Below, piece by piece: positions 50,150 through 63,635 of a stretch of DNA of 64,000 bases (position 1 is its first letter; each line of letters begins with the position of its first letter). A model generated the notes under the pieces. That model had not been told where the DNA came from, did not search any database, and was given only the letters and a program-made list of their open reading frames with translations. This stretch comes from Octopus bimaculoides. Lineage: Eukaryota. The stretch covers positions 72,255,315 through 72,319,314 of the forward strand of contig NC_068983.1 in assembly GCF_001194135.2 (NCBI RefSeq), given 5' to 3'. A program made the translations under genes and the position numbers.

Positions 50150-53100
50150 ATGTATTGCATGAGGTAGAAGCTGTTGGGAATAGATTTGTTCGGGATAGCA
50201 CAAGTTGGTGTAACACTAAGTAGGCCACCATAGATGACAAGTGCCAATCAGAAATAAAAATTATATGAGATTTGAATTTTAAAAAATATGCCAACACAAC
50301 ATTGAAAGAAGGTAAATTTATCAAGAATACTAATATCATTCTAGATAAAGTAGTAGAAATAAGATAATACAAAAAAAACACAAATTTACAAATACTTAGG
50401 AAATCAATGAACTAAATGGTATACAACACATAATTAACAGAAAAGGTTAAGAATAGAATATATTAGATGCATTGGATTAATACTTAAGAACAGAGCTAAC
50501 CAGAACAAGAAATAAAGTAATAGGCGATAATACATTAGCTGTTCCAGTAATAAGTTTTGGTCTTAATACCCTTGGATGTTAAACAAAAATAGCAAGACTA
50601 GATAGAAAAAATAAGAATGACTGTGGCAGGAATACACTAGCTACAATATGACACAGAAATATATTCACCATGGTTGTAGAGGTTTTATGCAACCAAAAAA
50701 AAAAAACAGTGCTATAAAATATCATTGAAAGACTACAAAAATATTTAGCAAAGATTAATGGAAAACTAACAAAATAGTTATGCAATACAAGCAAAATATA
50801 TAATTATCATCAAGAAAGCCACCAAATACAAAACAAAGGCTGAAATGACAATCAATTGGGAACAGAAAGAAAGAAAAAACAACAGATATCATGAAAAAGC
50901 TAAAACCTCAGCTAAAATGCTAAAACAAAATCCCTGCATGATTAATACTTGAAAATAACTGGACAGGATGAAAATAAACAATGAAAATTTGGAACGCATG
51001 GCTCAAAGCATTCCCACAAGAAGCTTTTGAAAGAATGTAGTGAACCAGAATTCATTAAGTAATTGCAGAATATATGGAAGTTAGGAAGAATCAACCAAAT
51101 TAGATACCTAATCTTAGCTAAGAAAGAATACATCTGCAGGTTGAGGATTTCATACACTGGCAACTGTGTCAGCATTATAAAATCATCATAATCCAGTATG
51201 CCACACCATTAAGAGCCATTTGAATTCTGCATTTTTGCAACATTTGGGGTGAAAAATCTGTAAAGTACCACTTGTAGTGAAACTACCTATCGCCATTAGA
51301 TACAAAACTACTATCGCCATTCTTCTCATTTAAATATAAACAAGCGCGAGCATAGCGGAGAACCCATCTCCTTGTCATCACGTGACTGATTATTATTCGA
51401 AGCGGCAAATTCTTCGAACCGTTCCCGCCAGAACGCAAACTGACCAATCACGGCCCCTAATAAGGTCACGTGATAGAGTATTTTTCTGAAGCCTTCAGGA
51501 GCCGATAATTCGCTATAAATAGATCAACTCATACCCAGCAAATTTGTCTCGGTTCAGTTTCTCTTTGAGATCTGTTCTGTGTACCACACGACAGCAGCAG
51601 CAGCAGCAGCCAGCGACCACTTCAACAGCTTCGTCCAGCCAACGATTACCACCGCCGTCGCCACATCAGCAACACGAGTCTACGACTACTAACCAGCATC
51701 AACGTCATGACCAACACAATTACTACTAACCAGCATCAATCCACGAGCGTCAACACGACTTTCTATGTACACCAAACTAAACCACCGCGGCACATCTCTC
51801 TCTTCGATTCTGTTAGGTGACTCAGCTTCACCACGATAAATAAACAGACAAGAGATTTCAGCCAGTGACGAACGACGAACATCTGTATAACAAGAATCAC
51901 GGCCCGGCATGGAAGCCACCACATCACAACTAGTGATCAGCCCTGCCACACACAGCCTCAACTACTTTCACGTACAGACTTTTACTATCGTGTACACAAG
52001 AACTGGTATAAATGCTCACGTGTTACTGACTCTTTCTATCTGCTGTAATATCTCACATACACATACATGTATCACTCACATACACACTTTTCTTTGTACG
52101 ACGGCCTGTCTTTGATTATGTTCTTATATGTCGCATTCACACTCTCACACAGACATACACTTTAATGCCACAATAAATATTTCTGTTATTCATCTCATAC
52201 GGTTGTGATCTTTCATTACTGGTCATCTATGTTATCGTAGTATAACATATCATGTATATCATCACAGATATATTATTTTTGTGTTCGAGCATGTGACGCG
52301 TTTAAATAAAAGGAGTCCTCTGTTTTTCCATTCGTCACCATTTCTCCTTTTTGAGTTCGCACGGTCGTTCTTACACACTCTGCATCAAGACACAACTTTC
52401 GCTCAGTGAAATGGAGGAGTGTTGCACAATGCGGTGCCTTGCTCAAGGACCTAACATGCCAGTTAGTCCAAGAATTTAATCCACAACCTCTTGTCAGTTC
52501 ACCAGTTAATAAAATACTAACAGAAAAGAAGTGGAATAAACATACAGCAGATGTCTCAGAGAATGACAATGCAACCATAATCTGCACTTCCTTAATCAGC
52601 ACAAACAGTGGGACCAAAGCTAATCAGATAAATAACATCAAGAAGAATCGCCAGGAAAAGAAGTGCCTCTTATTCAAAGTATTGATTCTATGAGATGATA
52701 AGCTGTCTCTCAAAGAGATGAAGAAATTATCCAAATAACTAGAAACTAAGATATAATGAATGACAAGACTGAAAGTAAAAACAATCCCATGAGAATTATC
52801 AAAAAAATTTTAAAAAGCACGCACACACAGACATGTATGCCATCACAATCTCATGGCTTACAAATATGTACAACACACAGAATCTATCGCTGTTAGGTAC
52901 TACACACAAACTACAAGGGGTACTCTCAGTACAACAGAAAGTATGAAACCAAAACAAAACACTACACATATCCAAGCTATACAAAGTTGCATTCAGTAAA
53001 GTAACGAAATAAAGAGGAGGAGGAGGAGGAGGAGGAGGAGAAGACAACGACGACAACCATCACCACTACCACCAAGACTGCATTATCATAGATGTGACTA

Positions 53101-54400
53101 TATCTATGGATATGAATGTAGTAGTCAAAGAACAGGAGAAAACAGGAAAATACCAGGGTCTGGCTAGGGAAGTGTGAAGATTGTAGAGGGTTTCTACAAA
53201 AGTAATCCCAGTTGTTATAGGTGCCCTAGGTACTGTCTGTCACCAACAGATATGACAATTTTCTTACTGAGAGTAGTGTAACTACAAGAGTTGCATAAAT
53301 TCAGAAGTCTGCTCTATTAAAAGTAGCAATGTACATAATTCCTCAAATCAAAATGAATTGAACAATTTGAATTAGAAAAACCAGGAAACCACTGATGGCA
53401 TACAGAAACCAACATTCCAGAGCAGATGTAGGCAAAATATACCTATCCCACACACAAGGACAAAATATACCAACCCCGCACACATTTCTGACACAAATAG
53501 AAAACTTCTATAAAATAACAATTGGACTAGACAAGCACTTAGAAATAAATAATGTAAGACTCATAAATGCAATAAAGAAATGCGTAAAATACAAAAATCT
53601 CTTCTCTATGCACAAAAAAAAGTAATAAAATATAAAGCAGAAACTGACTACGCTAAAACAATAAATTTTGATAATGCAACAGAAATGGTTAAAAAAATAA
53701 TAAATGATAAAATAAAATAAAATTAAATTAAATTAAAAGAAATACTCAAGAAGAAATGGAGAGCACAAAAACTCCAAATCCAGTATCCTACAAGACTCAA
53801 AGGAGAAGTAAGCAAAAGTGAAAGTTGACAGTGGCTTAAAAGCTCCCGCTTAAAAGCAAAAGTAGAGGAACTGATACTTGCTGCACAAGACCAATGTCTG
53901 ATCAAGAACAACTGTGAAAATAAAACCATGAAAATGAACCCTAACACCAAATGCAAAATGTGCAACTAGCACAGTGTGACACTTGACCATATCATCTCCA
54001 GTTTCCCAGTCCTTGCTAAATCTGAATATATACACAGGCAGCTACATCCACTGGTCAATATGCAATACTTGGATGTGAAAACAAGAAGTGGTACAAGCAT
54101 GTACCAAACACAGTACATGACAACAACCTGGCCACAATAATCTGAGATATGCCTTTCCAACCTGACAAAGAAATCACACACTAAGCCATCCTTATATAAT
54201 AATAAAAGACAAGAAAGTAAACAGATGCACATCGACACTATCCAAACATTAGTTCTGCAAGAAAGAGCCCACATCTTGTACAAAACACTTTCAATTCAAT
54301 AGAATAGCTCAAATAGGACAATCTTCACATACAACACACACTCTATACAATAAGCACGTAATAATCTAAATCAACACAACTTGCACAATGTACCATATGC
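50150..54400 (+). mobile_element. Fragmented R4/Dong-like LINE(s) with restriction-like endonuclease
   Basis: QWLKSSRLKAKVEELILAAQDQCL...CKMCN*HSVTLDHIISSFPVLAKSEY (~53830-54040); TEKKWNKH..ENDNATII..KANQ..QEKKCLL..KEMKKLSK (~52510-52740); KEQEKTGKYQGLAREV..VIPVVIGALG (~53130-53235). Outer limits approximate; probably more than one insertion. Confidence 0.7.
51273..52247 (+). mobile_element. Solo-LTR-like, CpG-rich promoter cassette
   Basis: TGTAGT...TATAACA ends; TCACGTGA at 51378 and 51466; GACCAATCA at 51442; TATAAA at 51514; AATAAA at 52172. No convincing TSD found. Confidence 0.45.
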
Positions 54401-57400
54401 AAAATTAAGCACCAAATAAAATAGCATAATACACACTACACACAACAAAACGAACTCTAAGCCCCATAGCAAAACAAACTAATGCAGTACACCAACAGGA
54501 GGAATCCACACTTCCTTAATCCCTACAAAAATAAGAACACAATGCTGCACACACCTAAGAAACATGGAGGTACAGCAAGTGGTGGAGTAGAAAGTCACAT
54601 GAAACTACCAAAGAAAAAAAAATAATACTTATAATCAAAACGACTATAAATAAATTCATTAAATATGCAGAATCCCTTTTGTTTGTGAAAGCTTTCAGAT
54701 TTACTTGATTATAGTTTCTTTTATTTAGAGAAAGAAAAAGATCAGCCAACAAATTGTCAATCCTAAAATGTAATATATGATATTAGAATTAGGATTTTTT
54801 TTTTTTCAACCATGAAACAATCTAAAAATAATTTTATAGTATAAATTTTTTGTTCCTCCTAATATTTTGGGCAATTTTCTGAACAGTTTTACATTAAGGG
54901 GTTGGAAATCTATAAAAGAAAAGGGAGGAGAGAATTTATTGATTTATCGTTGTTTATTTACAAAGCCTGGGTTGCCTATTGATCCACAGAAGCAATTGTT
55001 CTTCTCAGGTTATGTTAAAGACCAAAGTAATACTTATGCTAATAGTCCATAAGTAAAAACATTTTTTCTGCACAACCAATCTATCAAGTTATTTGTAACA
55101 ATGGTTTCTCTTACAGCCCAGGCTCTTACTGCCCAACATTCATTTCATTATTAATTGATAGTAAGAACACAGCATTTCGTTTTACAACCATGGTATGCTA
55201 CCAAGTATATTAAAGGTTTTATAAGTCAATATTGTGTCTTACCTTTTGTGTCAGCAGTGCAATATTCTCATTTTTAAGTTTGCCTCCATAAATTTTCTAT
55301 AGAATTCAGAGCCAACACTCTCATAACTTACAGTAGTTCTGAATTCTATAAAAAATCCTTTCATTATATATTATTACACTTTTTCATAAGCATAATAAAC
55401 ATATCATTTTTAGAATTAGAGATTTTTAGTAGTATATGTTACCAGACCAAACTTTTATTTCTGTTGCTACTCATCTTAGTTTAGTAAGTAAGGGTTCTTG
55501 CCTTCAATCCTTAAACATAATAATCCTTTGAGTAACCCTTACCAATCATTACTATAGCACTTCAGTTATTTACCTGATATTATCAAGCCTTTAATCACTG
55601 GTTTATTATGCTGAAGTACAGTGTTAATCTTTGTAGGGGCAGGTCGTCATGGTCTACTGAACCTTTATCAGTTTATTGCAGGCAAAAAAGACAGACAGCC
55701 AAGTGACTAAGGTAGTGGACATCTAACCAAGAGATCAATGATTTGTATCCTGTCATCTTCACTACACTGTATCTACTGTCAGGACACTTATCTTCCAAAT
55801 ACTTGTAAATGAGTATTTCTAGGAAACAATCCACCACCTAAAGCAGGAGAGCAATGTAGACCGTTAAATGAGTCATCAGCCAGGAGAAGGCAATGAGAAA
55901 TTACTCCAGCATAAACTTCCCTAAAACCACAACTTGAAGATGAAGTCTTCAACCCAAAGGCTTACAAGACACTTGGTGATATTATTATCACTTTGCAAGT
56001 ATAAAATGTATTCATAACTTCAGCAAAAGTTGAACTTGAGAAGCAGAGAGATCTTACTAGATCCAATGTAGCATACAGTCTGTTCTGCACTCTAGTTACC
56101 TTTAGTTATTATCATTAACCTTCATTTATTGCAACAATGATTCTCATATATAAATGTTCTTAAAGAAGTATTATGCAAGATTCAGTTACAAATACTATTC
56201 TTCAATTATTAACATTTTCTTACTGCTTGTCAATAATTAACATCTTTGAGTCATTAATTTTTTTTATAATAACTGACATCTGTGCCAATGAAGGTAACAG
56301 TACTGTCATTGTCAGAAGTGAAGTCAGATACTTGACAACAGCCCACTGGCAATAGCAGTTTAGAATTTATGTTATCTTTAAATACATAAGTGAGCTGTCT
56401 CCAAAAACCTCTAAGGCTTATTAAACTGGTGATTAGTGCTACACTGAGAAGTATTAAGTAGTCAAGAAGTGAATCTTTTGTATGCAAGGTTATATTCCTA
56501 GAGGATCTTATGCTTATTTCTCACAAATAAGGAAATTAAAATATGCAAAATTAAATGTCCTTGGACAGTATTAAACAACAGCAGCATAATTAACCCAAGA
56601 CACAAGCTGATAGTCAATACATTTTGCATTCTTCTCTAATTAAGGGCTAAAAAAATTAACTGTTATAAAAAACAGGATTAGATAAATCACAAAATATAAA
56701 CACTACAACATACCTTAGAAACAGGACACCTAGCTAATGACTTTATAGTATGAAGTTTGTATGCTAACAGGTTAATTTAGCCTTGTTTCAAAAATTCATT
56801 TAGATACTTATTAATGAATGATAGATGCCATTTCTAGAGTCTGCTTCATCTAAAAAAAAAAAGGATTCAGCCTCCTCACAATTTGAAGTTCATGTAAATA
56901 CAGAAAAGCCTATACACTGCTATAAGAATATTAGGCAGTAAACAGCATTTATATATTTTGGGCTGATTAATATAAATGACCTTTCTGGTACTGCTTGATA
57001 AGAAGTAAAACAGAGAAGCTTAAAGTAGTGGCTAGCCCCTAAACTCATTTGACCATTACCTATGGTGCATCTTAGGTATATCATCTTTCTCTAAACTACA
57101 CTTACAATAAGAGTTATAAGCCACTTGTCAATCTGATGCAGTTTGCCAGTAATTTCATTTATAGTTTTTACTATGTTTTCAATATTTTCTATTCAGTTTA
57201 CATGGTCGTTATTTCACATAAAGTACATGAGAATTTTTAATGTCATTCATATTATTTTATGCATATTCAGAATTTTTGAAAGAGTAAATGAAATGGATAA
57301 GAACATCTGAAACTCTTATAAAATTATAAAAAGAAATTGGTCAACATTTTAACATTAAGAATTGTTTGGCAAGAACACTCTTAGGTTAGGATAAAGATTT

Positions 57401-57428
57401 CATTCATAAAAATGTTCTTTAAAAGATG

Positions 57429-57543
57429 AGGCCCAGGGGTGGCTGTGTGGTAAGTAGCTTGCTTACCAACCACATGGTTCTGGGTTCAGAGTGGATTTGG
57501 TAGACGGAAACTGAAAGAAGCTCGCCGTATATATGTATATATG

Positions 57544-57574
<31 letters not shown>

Positions 57575-57790
57575 TTGTGTGTCTGTGTTTGTCCCCCCAC
57601 CATCGCTTGACAACCGATGCTGGTGTGTTTACATCCCCGTAACTTAGCGGTTCGGCAAAAGAGACCGATAGAATAAGTACTAGGCTTACAAAGAATAAGT
57701 CCCGGAGTCGATTTGCTCGACTAAAGGTGGTGCTCCAGCATGGCCGCAGTCAAATGACTGAAACAAGTAAAAGAGTAAAGAGCAAAAGAG
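57429..57790 (+). mobile_element. SINE family D with internal deletion
   Basis: ggctgtgtggtaagtagcttgcttaccaaccacatggttctgggttcag joins directly to agtggatttggtagacggaaactg; tail gaaacaagtaaaagagtaaagag. Confidence 0.85.
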
Positions 57791-58279
57791 AGTATTAAAA
57801 ATTACCTGGGCTCAACATTACATTTTGGCCTTAATGTATTTTCTGAACTTTGTTGCTGTTTTGTCTTTGGTCAGCTTTGATCAAGAAACCTATGCTGAAA
57901 ATTGTTCCAGCATTGAGCCACACATTGTTTTTTATCTCAGTTACAGTGTATCTAAAACTACATAACTTAATATGTTCCCTCATCATTTTAAAGATAGCAG
58001 GGTGTGATTTTAGGAAGATTTGATTGTTATTTCTAGCAGGTTAAATGACCATGTAGAAACTTTCTCATTTGCCTGAACATGTTCAAATGTCATTGGTAAT
58101 TCCTGAATATTATTAGACCTTCAGAGGCACCCAACATTGCCCAGGAATGAAATTATTCCTTATATATTAGAAGAAAAAAAAGCAAAATTTGTCATATAGA
58201 AATTTGTTACTCTAAATTCAATTTATTCTTCAATTGGGAAATCTATTCTGAATTCATAATACAAAAATAATAAAAATAA

Positions 58280-58533
58280 TCTATTATAATAACGAGCTTG
58301 TTTGTAAGTTTGTCCATAATCATGCAATGAGAAAGTAGCAGTGTAAGTAAGAGTAAAAAAAGAGAAGGGACAAAATGGTAATAACAATGAGAGAAGGAGT
58401 GGTATCAAACACCGCCTCTCACTCTCTCTCTCTCAACAAAAGCCTTTTCACCTTATTGATGAATGCTACCTCTCTCTCTATCTATCTACAGACGCACACA
58501 CACGCACACACACACACACACGCACACACACAC

Positions 58534-58565
<32 letters not shown>

Positions 58566-58593
58566 TNNNNNNNNNNCACGCACACACACACAC

Positions 58594-58625
<32 letters not shown>

Positions 58626-59409
58626 TCTCTCTCTCTTTTTCACTCACTCACTCTCTCTCATTCTCTTTCTTTTTCATTCACACACTCTCTCTCTCTCTCT
58701 CTGTCTCTCTCTCAACAACATTTTCATTCGAATATAAGATAAGTAAATAAGTAGTAAACTTTAAGACATAGAATTAAAATATCGTCTATTGAAAGAAAGC
58801 TTGATAATATTGTCTGTTTAAAGAAGGTAATTATAAATGTTTGTAAATATTTATGAATGAAGAATTTTGCTAAGGCGGTGAAGTTTGTCTTCAAGATCTT
58901 TTTCTATTTCAGGCAGTAAAGAGAGTGAGAGAGACAGAGATAGAGAACATGTAGACGTTGCTGTAAAAACAAATAAATCTCTGTGTGTATGCTGTTAATG
59001 TAATCCTGTGTAATTTGGGACTTTGTATGGTTACGCATAGAAATATAAATGAACTAACGTACACACACACACAAATATACTCATTTGTTTTAAAGTTTGT
59101 GTTCCGTTGTAATAAATATACTCATCATCCACCTGCTATGGAGAATGAATCAGATAGAAGGCGACGGTCAGCCAGGGAGAGACAAAGGTGAAGAATCAAA
59201 GGAGAGAGAACATTGAGGAGAAGAATGGAAGAATAATGGTTAATACTGAAACGGACCATCCAAATCAAGGTGAACTCATTGCTGGTAGGGTTTTCACTAG
59301 AAATGTGGTGTTGAAGCAATTACTGAGATAAAGGTTGTAATGTTTTTATTTAAATCTTATTTTCCATATCATTTTCATGCCGTCATTTCTGACAGCACAG
59401 GTACACTAG
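58280..59409 (+). mobile_element. Non-autonomous Helitron-like element
   Basis: 5' A|TCTATTATAATAA...tgtttgt; 3' hairpin GCCGTCA-tttc-TGACAGC (59379-59396) then CTAG|T; inserted between A and T; interior rich in microsatellites. Confidence 0.5.
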
Positions 59410-59455
59410 TAATAATAATAAACAAAAAAATTTTTGTCTCTCTTGCTATGTCTCT

Positions 59456-60300
59456 TCAAGTTAAATCATTAATTTGACGGTTTGTTTTTGGCAGCACAGA
59501 GCTAGATTCAAGCAAATTTTTGCCTCTCATGACCAAAACTTGATCCTTAGTTTCAATCAGTGTTTGGTTAAAAATTGTTTCAGAGAACTGAATATTGATA
59601 TCTGGGTTTGCCTGTTGAACTGCATACTTTAAGCCCTCAACCATGTCCTCATGATGTTTCAGCCAAAGCTGTAGGAGACTGCCAAGTTGACACATGTTCA
59701 GTATAATTGCAAAAAGGTTACGGAGTCTCCTTGGAAAATCTGATAGTGATGCTTCAGTAAATGGAAGGTCCCAATGCTCATCATTTTCTAAAAAAAAACC
59801 TTGTTGATAGCATGCTTCCCTATAAGTTTCACACACACATGACTATTTACACTCCTCAAATCTTGGAATGATTTGGGACCACGTACTTCATGCAAAAGGA
59901 ACTGTAAGTAGTAGCATTCTGCTTGGCTTGGGGGTATACTGTAAACTCTTGCAAGATCATCAGCCCTACGTTTCCTCTTGTGCCATTTATTGTTTCTCCA
60001 GGTGTAATACTTGGGTAATTGTGGGTAAAAGAATTTTCTTGCATCTTCATCTACTTGACACAACATAAAAAAGGCAGTAATGGTAATTTCTTTTTGAGAA
60101 AGTGTTTGTTGCAAGGCTGTTTGTTTTGTAAAGATAACCCTGTGGCCATTCTCGAGATGGACACTCAGATGAATGATGACTGGGTGCCTCTCACTAATGG
60201 GAAAATTAAAGTTGTGCCAAAAAGCCGCATCTTTCTCTGTCATACTGTGCAACTTTGTCATTTTTATTTATCTGCTGACTGCCATTCTGCATAAGAGTGT
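59456..60300 (-). mobile_element. Helitron RepHel fragment (region between Rep and helicase), frameshifted
   Basis: HLSVHLENGHRV..TAFFMLCQVDEDARKFFYPQLPKYYTW..ARVYSIPPSQAECYYLQFLLHEVRGPKSFQDLRSV and TYREAC..GFFLENDEHWD...LRNLFAIIL are typical RepHel motifs. Confidence 0.9.
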
Positions 60301-60776
60301 ATGTTGTAGCATCTAAACCTTTGTTTATATATTTGCAAACATACTTAATCGAGTTAACAGAGTTGCAGAATTCAATATTGACTCTAGCTACCTGTACTTG
60401 TTTTTGCTTCTCTGTAGAATACTAATCATCTACATCTACCCCAACTCCTCTTGCAGAGTGTGAGAACATTGTTCTCGGAAACTTTTGTGAAAATTAAAAT
60501 GGGGATTAAATGAAAAAATGAGTTACGTGAATATCTTCACAAAAGTGATTGGAATAAATGGCAAATGTGGAATGCCCCATGCATGCACACACATGCATGC
60601 ACACATACACACGCACACAGTATCGAACATCAGATGAAATGGATGTGAGAGAGAGAGAGAAAAGGTGTGTTGTCATGTATATGTAACATACATAAATATA
60701 CATACATCTTTTTTGTAAGTATATGTGCATGAAAGAGAGAGTGAGTGAATGCCACTTATACATCACTCTCTGTCTT

Positions 60777-60807
<31 letters not shown>

Positions 60808-60882
60808 TACAAACACATACAAAAAAGATGTATACATATGTATTTATGTATGTACGTATACATGACAACAGTCCTTAACTGA

Positions 60883-60938
<56 letters not shown>

Positions 60939-62758
60939 TAAATAAATGTATACAAACGTACATACAAAAGCACACGTGTGCGTGTGTGTGTGTGTATGTG
61001 TGTGCGTGGGAGAGAAAGAGAGGGAGAGAGAACATTGCAAACAATGAATGAAGTAAACATGAAATGAAAAGATTGTATAAATAAAAGCTCGTGAACTTAG
61101 TAAATATTTCTTTCAGTAATTTATTGTAGTTGCTTGCAAATAGCAAATTAAAACTTGAAATGAAAACATTAAAATTGAGAGTGAGAGACTCTGCAAATGA
61201 AAACAGAAAATTTCGCCATTGCTACATCAATACCAGAAGTTGACATTGCGAAACTTTTTTTAAAAAGTGAACCATATATATAAAGTAATATTATTTATTT
61301 TTAATAAAAAAATAAACTGAAGACCCTATTATGTATTCAAGGTCAAATTATTCATGCATCCCAAGTATGGAAGTAATTTGTACAGCCATTTTCGCGTGAA
61401 AAGCAAATACACACACACACACACAGGTATATTTTGTTTAAGAAGATTATTCTTGTAATAGAAAAATATTAGAATTGAATCACTCAACTGTTTGCTCCAC
61501 AGAAGTTGTCACTTTCTGTGCTATTAACAGTGAATCTGATGTTATTCAGGAACATTTTAAGTAGGTATTTTAGTGATAAAATCATGTGTAGTGCATCATT
61601 CTTACCAGCTGGACAATATGTCAGCAGTTTATGATTTGCTATCTGATATGCATTCTCTTCATATCTAAGACTCATTACTTTCAGTAGACAAGTTCACCTA
61701 GGTAGATTTAAGTAGATTCTTCACTCATTATATTTTCTCACTGTGAAAAGCACCAATACTATAGTTCATTGGTTTACAAAGCTGAGTTTATTTCTTCTTA
61801 TGAGAAAAGCTGTTTATAGAAGCCTGACATCCTAACTAGGGAGATATTTATATCTCATCTACTTAACACTTTACTCAAATTGAATATTGGTTACATGGAT
61901 CTATTTATTTATTTATTTTTTTTTCATCCAAAGGCAATTAACATCCATTTCAGGTGAAATTCAGTGAGAAAATTTCCATATTTAATGCATATGAGGGGGA
62001 AATAAGGAAAAAAATTCAGGGAAAAAAAAGGTTCTTTTATGCATGTTAAATGATTAATTAGAAACAAGTAATTTTTTTGAGCAATCAAAGAAAAGCATGG
62101 AACAAAATAAAACAAAATTGATCAAACTACAAACATTTTATACACAGCACAAAATAGATGCTGTAAAATGAAAATTATATAGCTTCGCTTATAGCATAGA
62201 AATTTCATTCTGTAAGCAGAAGCATTAATATTAAAATATTGCTAATTTGTGCAGTGAATCTTAAAAAGACGTAAAAACAACATAACTCTTTCAATAAGAA
62301 TCCAACAATACAAACCAATTTATCTGAAACCTATTTAAGCATTCAGGTTCTAGATAAAAATTAAAACTGAACTTCTAATATATAAATCTTAGTTTAATAA
62401 AACTGAAACAGTTTTAATTTAGGTTAGTAACCCAGCTTTCATAATTCTCATACTCAACATGTAACTAAATTCTTATACAGTGTCTAACTGTTTCAATTAA
62501 TTTAACCTTAGAAGTCATAGAAATTTAGAAACTACTGAAGTTAACAAAAATAATTTCAGGGGATAGACCCTAGTACAGTTATGGTTATGTAGTTAAGAAG
62601 TTAACTTCACAATCATGCAGTTTCAGGTTCAATTTCACAATGCAATAGCTTGACCACTTTGGGCTTAGGTCAACCAAAGCCTTTGAGAGGTTCTGGGAGA
62701 TGGAAATTGAAAGTAACCTGTCATTTTGTTGCCAGTATATGACAATGTGTATCCCCAT

Positions 62759-63036
62759 TTGTTGTTGGCACTCCGTCGGTTACAACATCGAAGGTTCAAG
62801 CTCATCTGATCAATGGGACAGCCTGCTCGTGAAATTAATGTGCAAGTGGCTGAGCACTCCACAGACACATGTACCCTTAACGTAGTTCTCGAGGATATTC
62901 AGCGTGACACAGTGACAAGGCTGACCCTTTGAATTACAGGCACAACAGAAACAGGAAGTAAGAGTGAGAGAAAGTTGTGGTGGAAAAGTACAGCAGGGTT
63001 CGCCACCATCCCCTGCCGGAGCCTCGCGGTGTTTAG
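62759..63036 (-). mobile_element. 5'-truncated SINE family B inside an older family D copy
   Basis: Lacks the tRNA head; TSD gtgtatccccat at 62747-62758 and 63037-63048; upstream 62580-62745 is decayed family D. Confidence 0.85.
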
Positions 63037-63506
63037 GTGTATCCCCATATACACAAAACAATGATGATGAAGGCAATGGCAGGGACAGCAACACCTATGC
63101 CATTGATGAGGAAACCCCTATTCAAAAGAAACTAGTTTCTCTATGGACTATGGAATGGGAGAAAAAAAATTAAAGAAATATTACGGGCAACTAAGCAGAC
63201 TTTTTTTTAAATAGAATCTGCTTTAAAAAATAGTCTCTACATAAGAAGACTTTGAAATAGGAATATATGTCTCAATATATTTTGTTAATATTTTACATGA
63301 ATTTTCCTTGATAGCTTGGGCCCTATCTTTTTCTTTGAAGCATGAAAATAGTTGCAAGGAAGTCATGCAGAGATAAGTGCATTCCCAAGGGAACTGACTT
63401 TATTGCTTCAGAATCATGTTTCATTATTATGCACACACATTAATACATGTACATGAGCCCACAAACTTCATAGAAAAATAAAAAAAGAAAGAAAAGAAGT
63501 CCCTAC

Positions 63507-63635
63507 CTTGCTGTTACGGTCATTGATAAGTTCAATTGACCAACGACCTTCATGTTTTATCCACACAAAAATGATACCATGTGCATCACAAGTAGCCAAT
63601 TTTTGATATGGCTCATTCCATCTTACAAGAACAAC
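63507..63635 (-). CDS. TULP4: TULP4/TUSP (tubby-related WD40 protein 4) internal exon, VVLVRWNEPYQKLATCDAHGIIFVWIKHEGRWSIELINDRNSK
   Basis: Peptide matches the TULP4 N-terminal WD40 region as I recall it (human VVLVRWNEPYQKLATCDADGGIFVWIQYEGRWSVELVNDR). Acceptor ttttgtttttgcag|, donor AAG|gtaggg; 129 nt, phase 0/0. Confidence 0.95.

Noticed and set aside
51544-51729. Poly-Q ORF MSRFSFSLRSVLCTTRQQQQQQP...
   Set aside because: 61 aa driven by a (CAG)n tract inside the LTR-like cassette; starts at TTG; no family resemblance.
52325-52345. Minus-strand TGGTGACGAATGG as a possible primer-binding site
   Set aside because: Not adjacent to a CA-ending LTR boundary and opposite in orientation to the promoter motifs.
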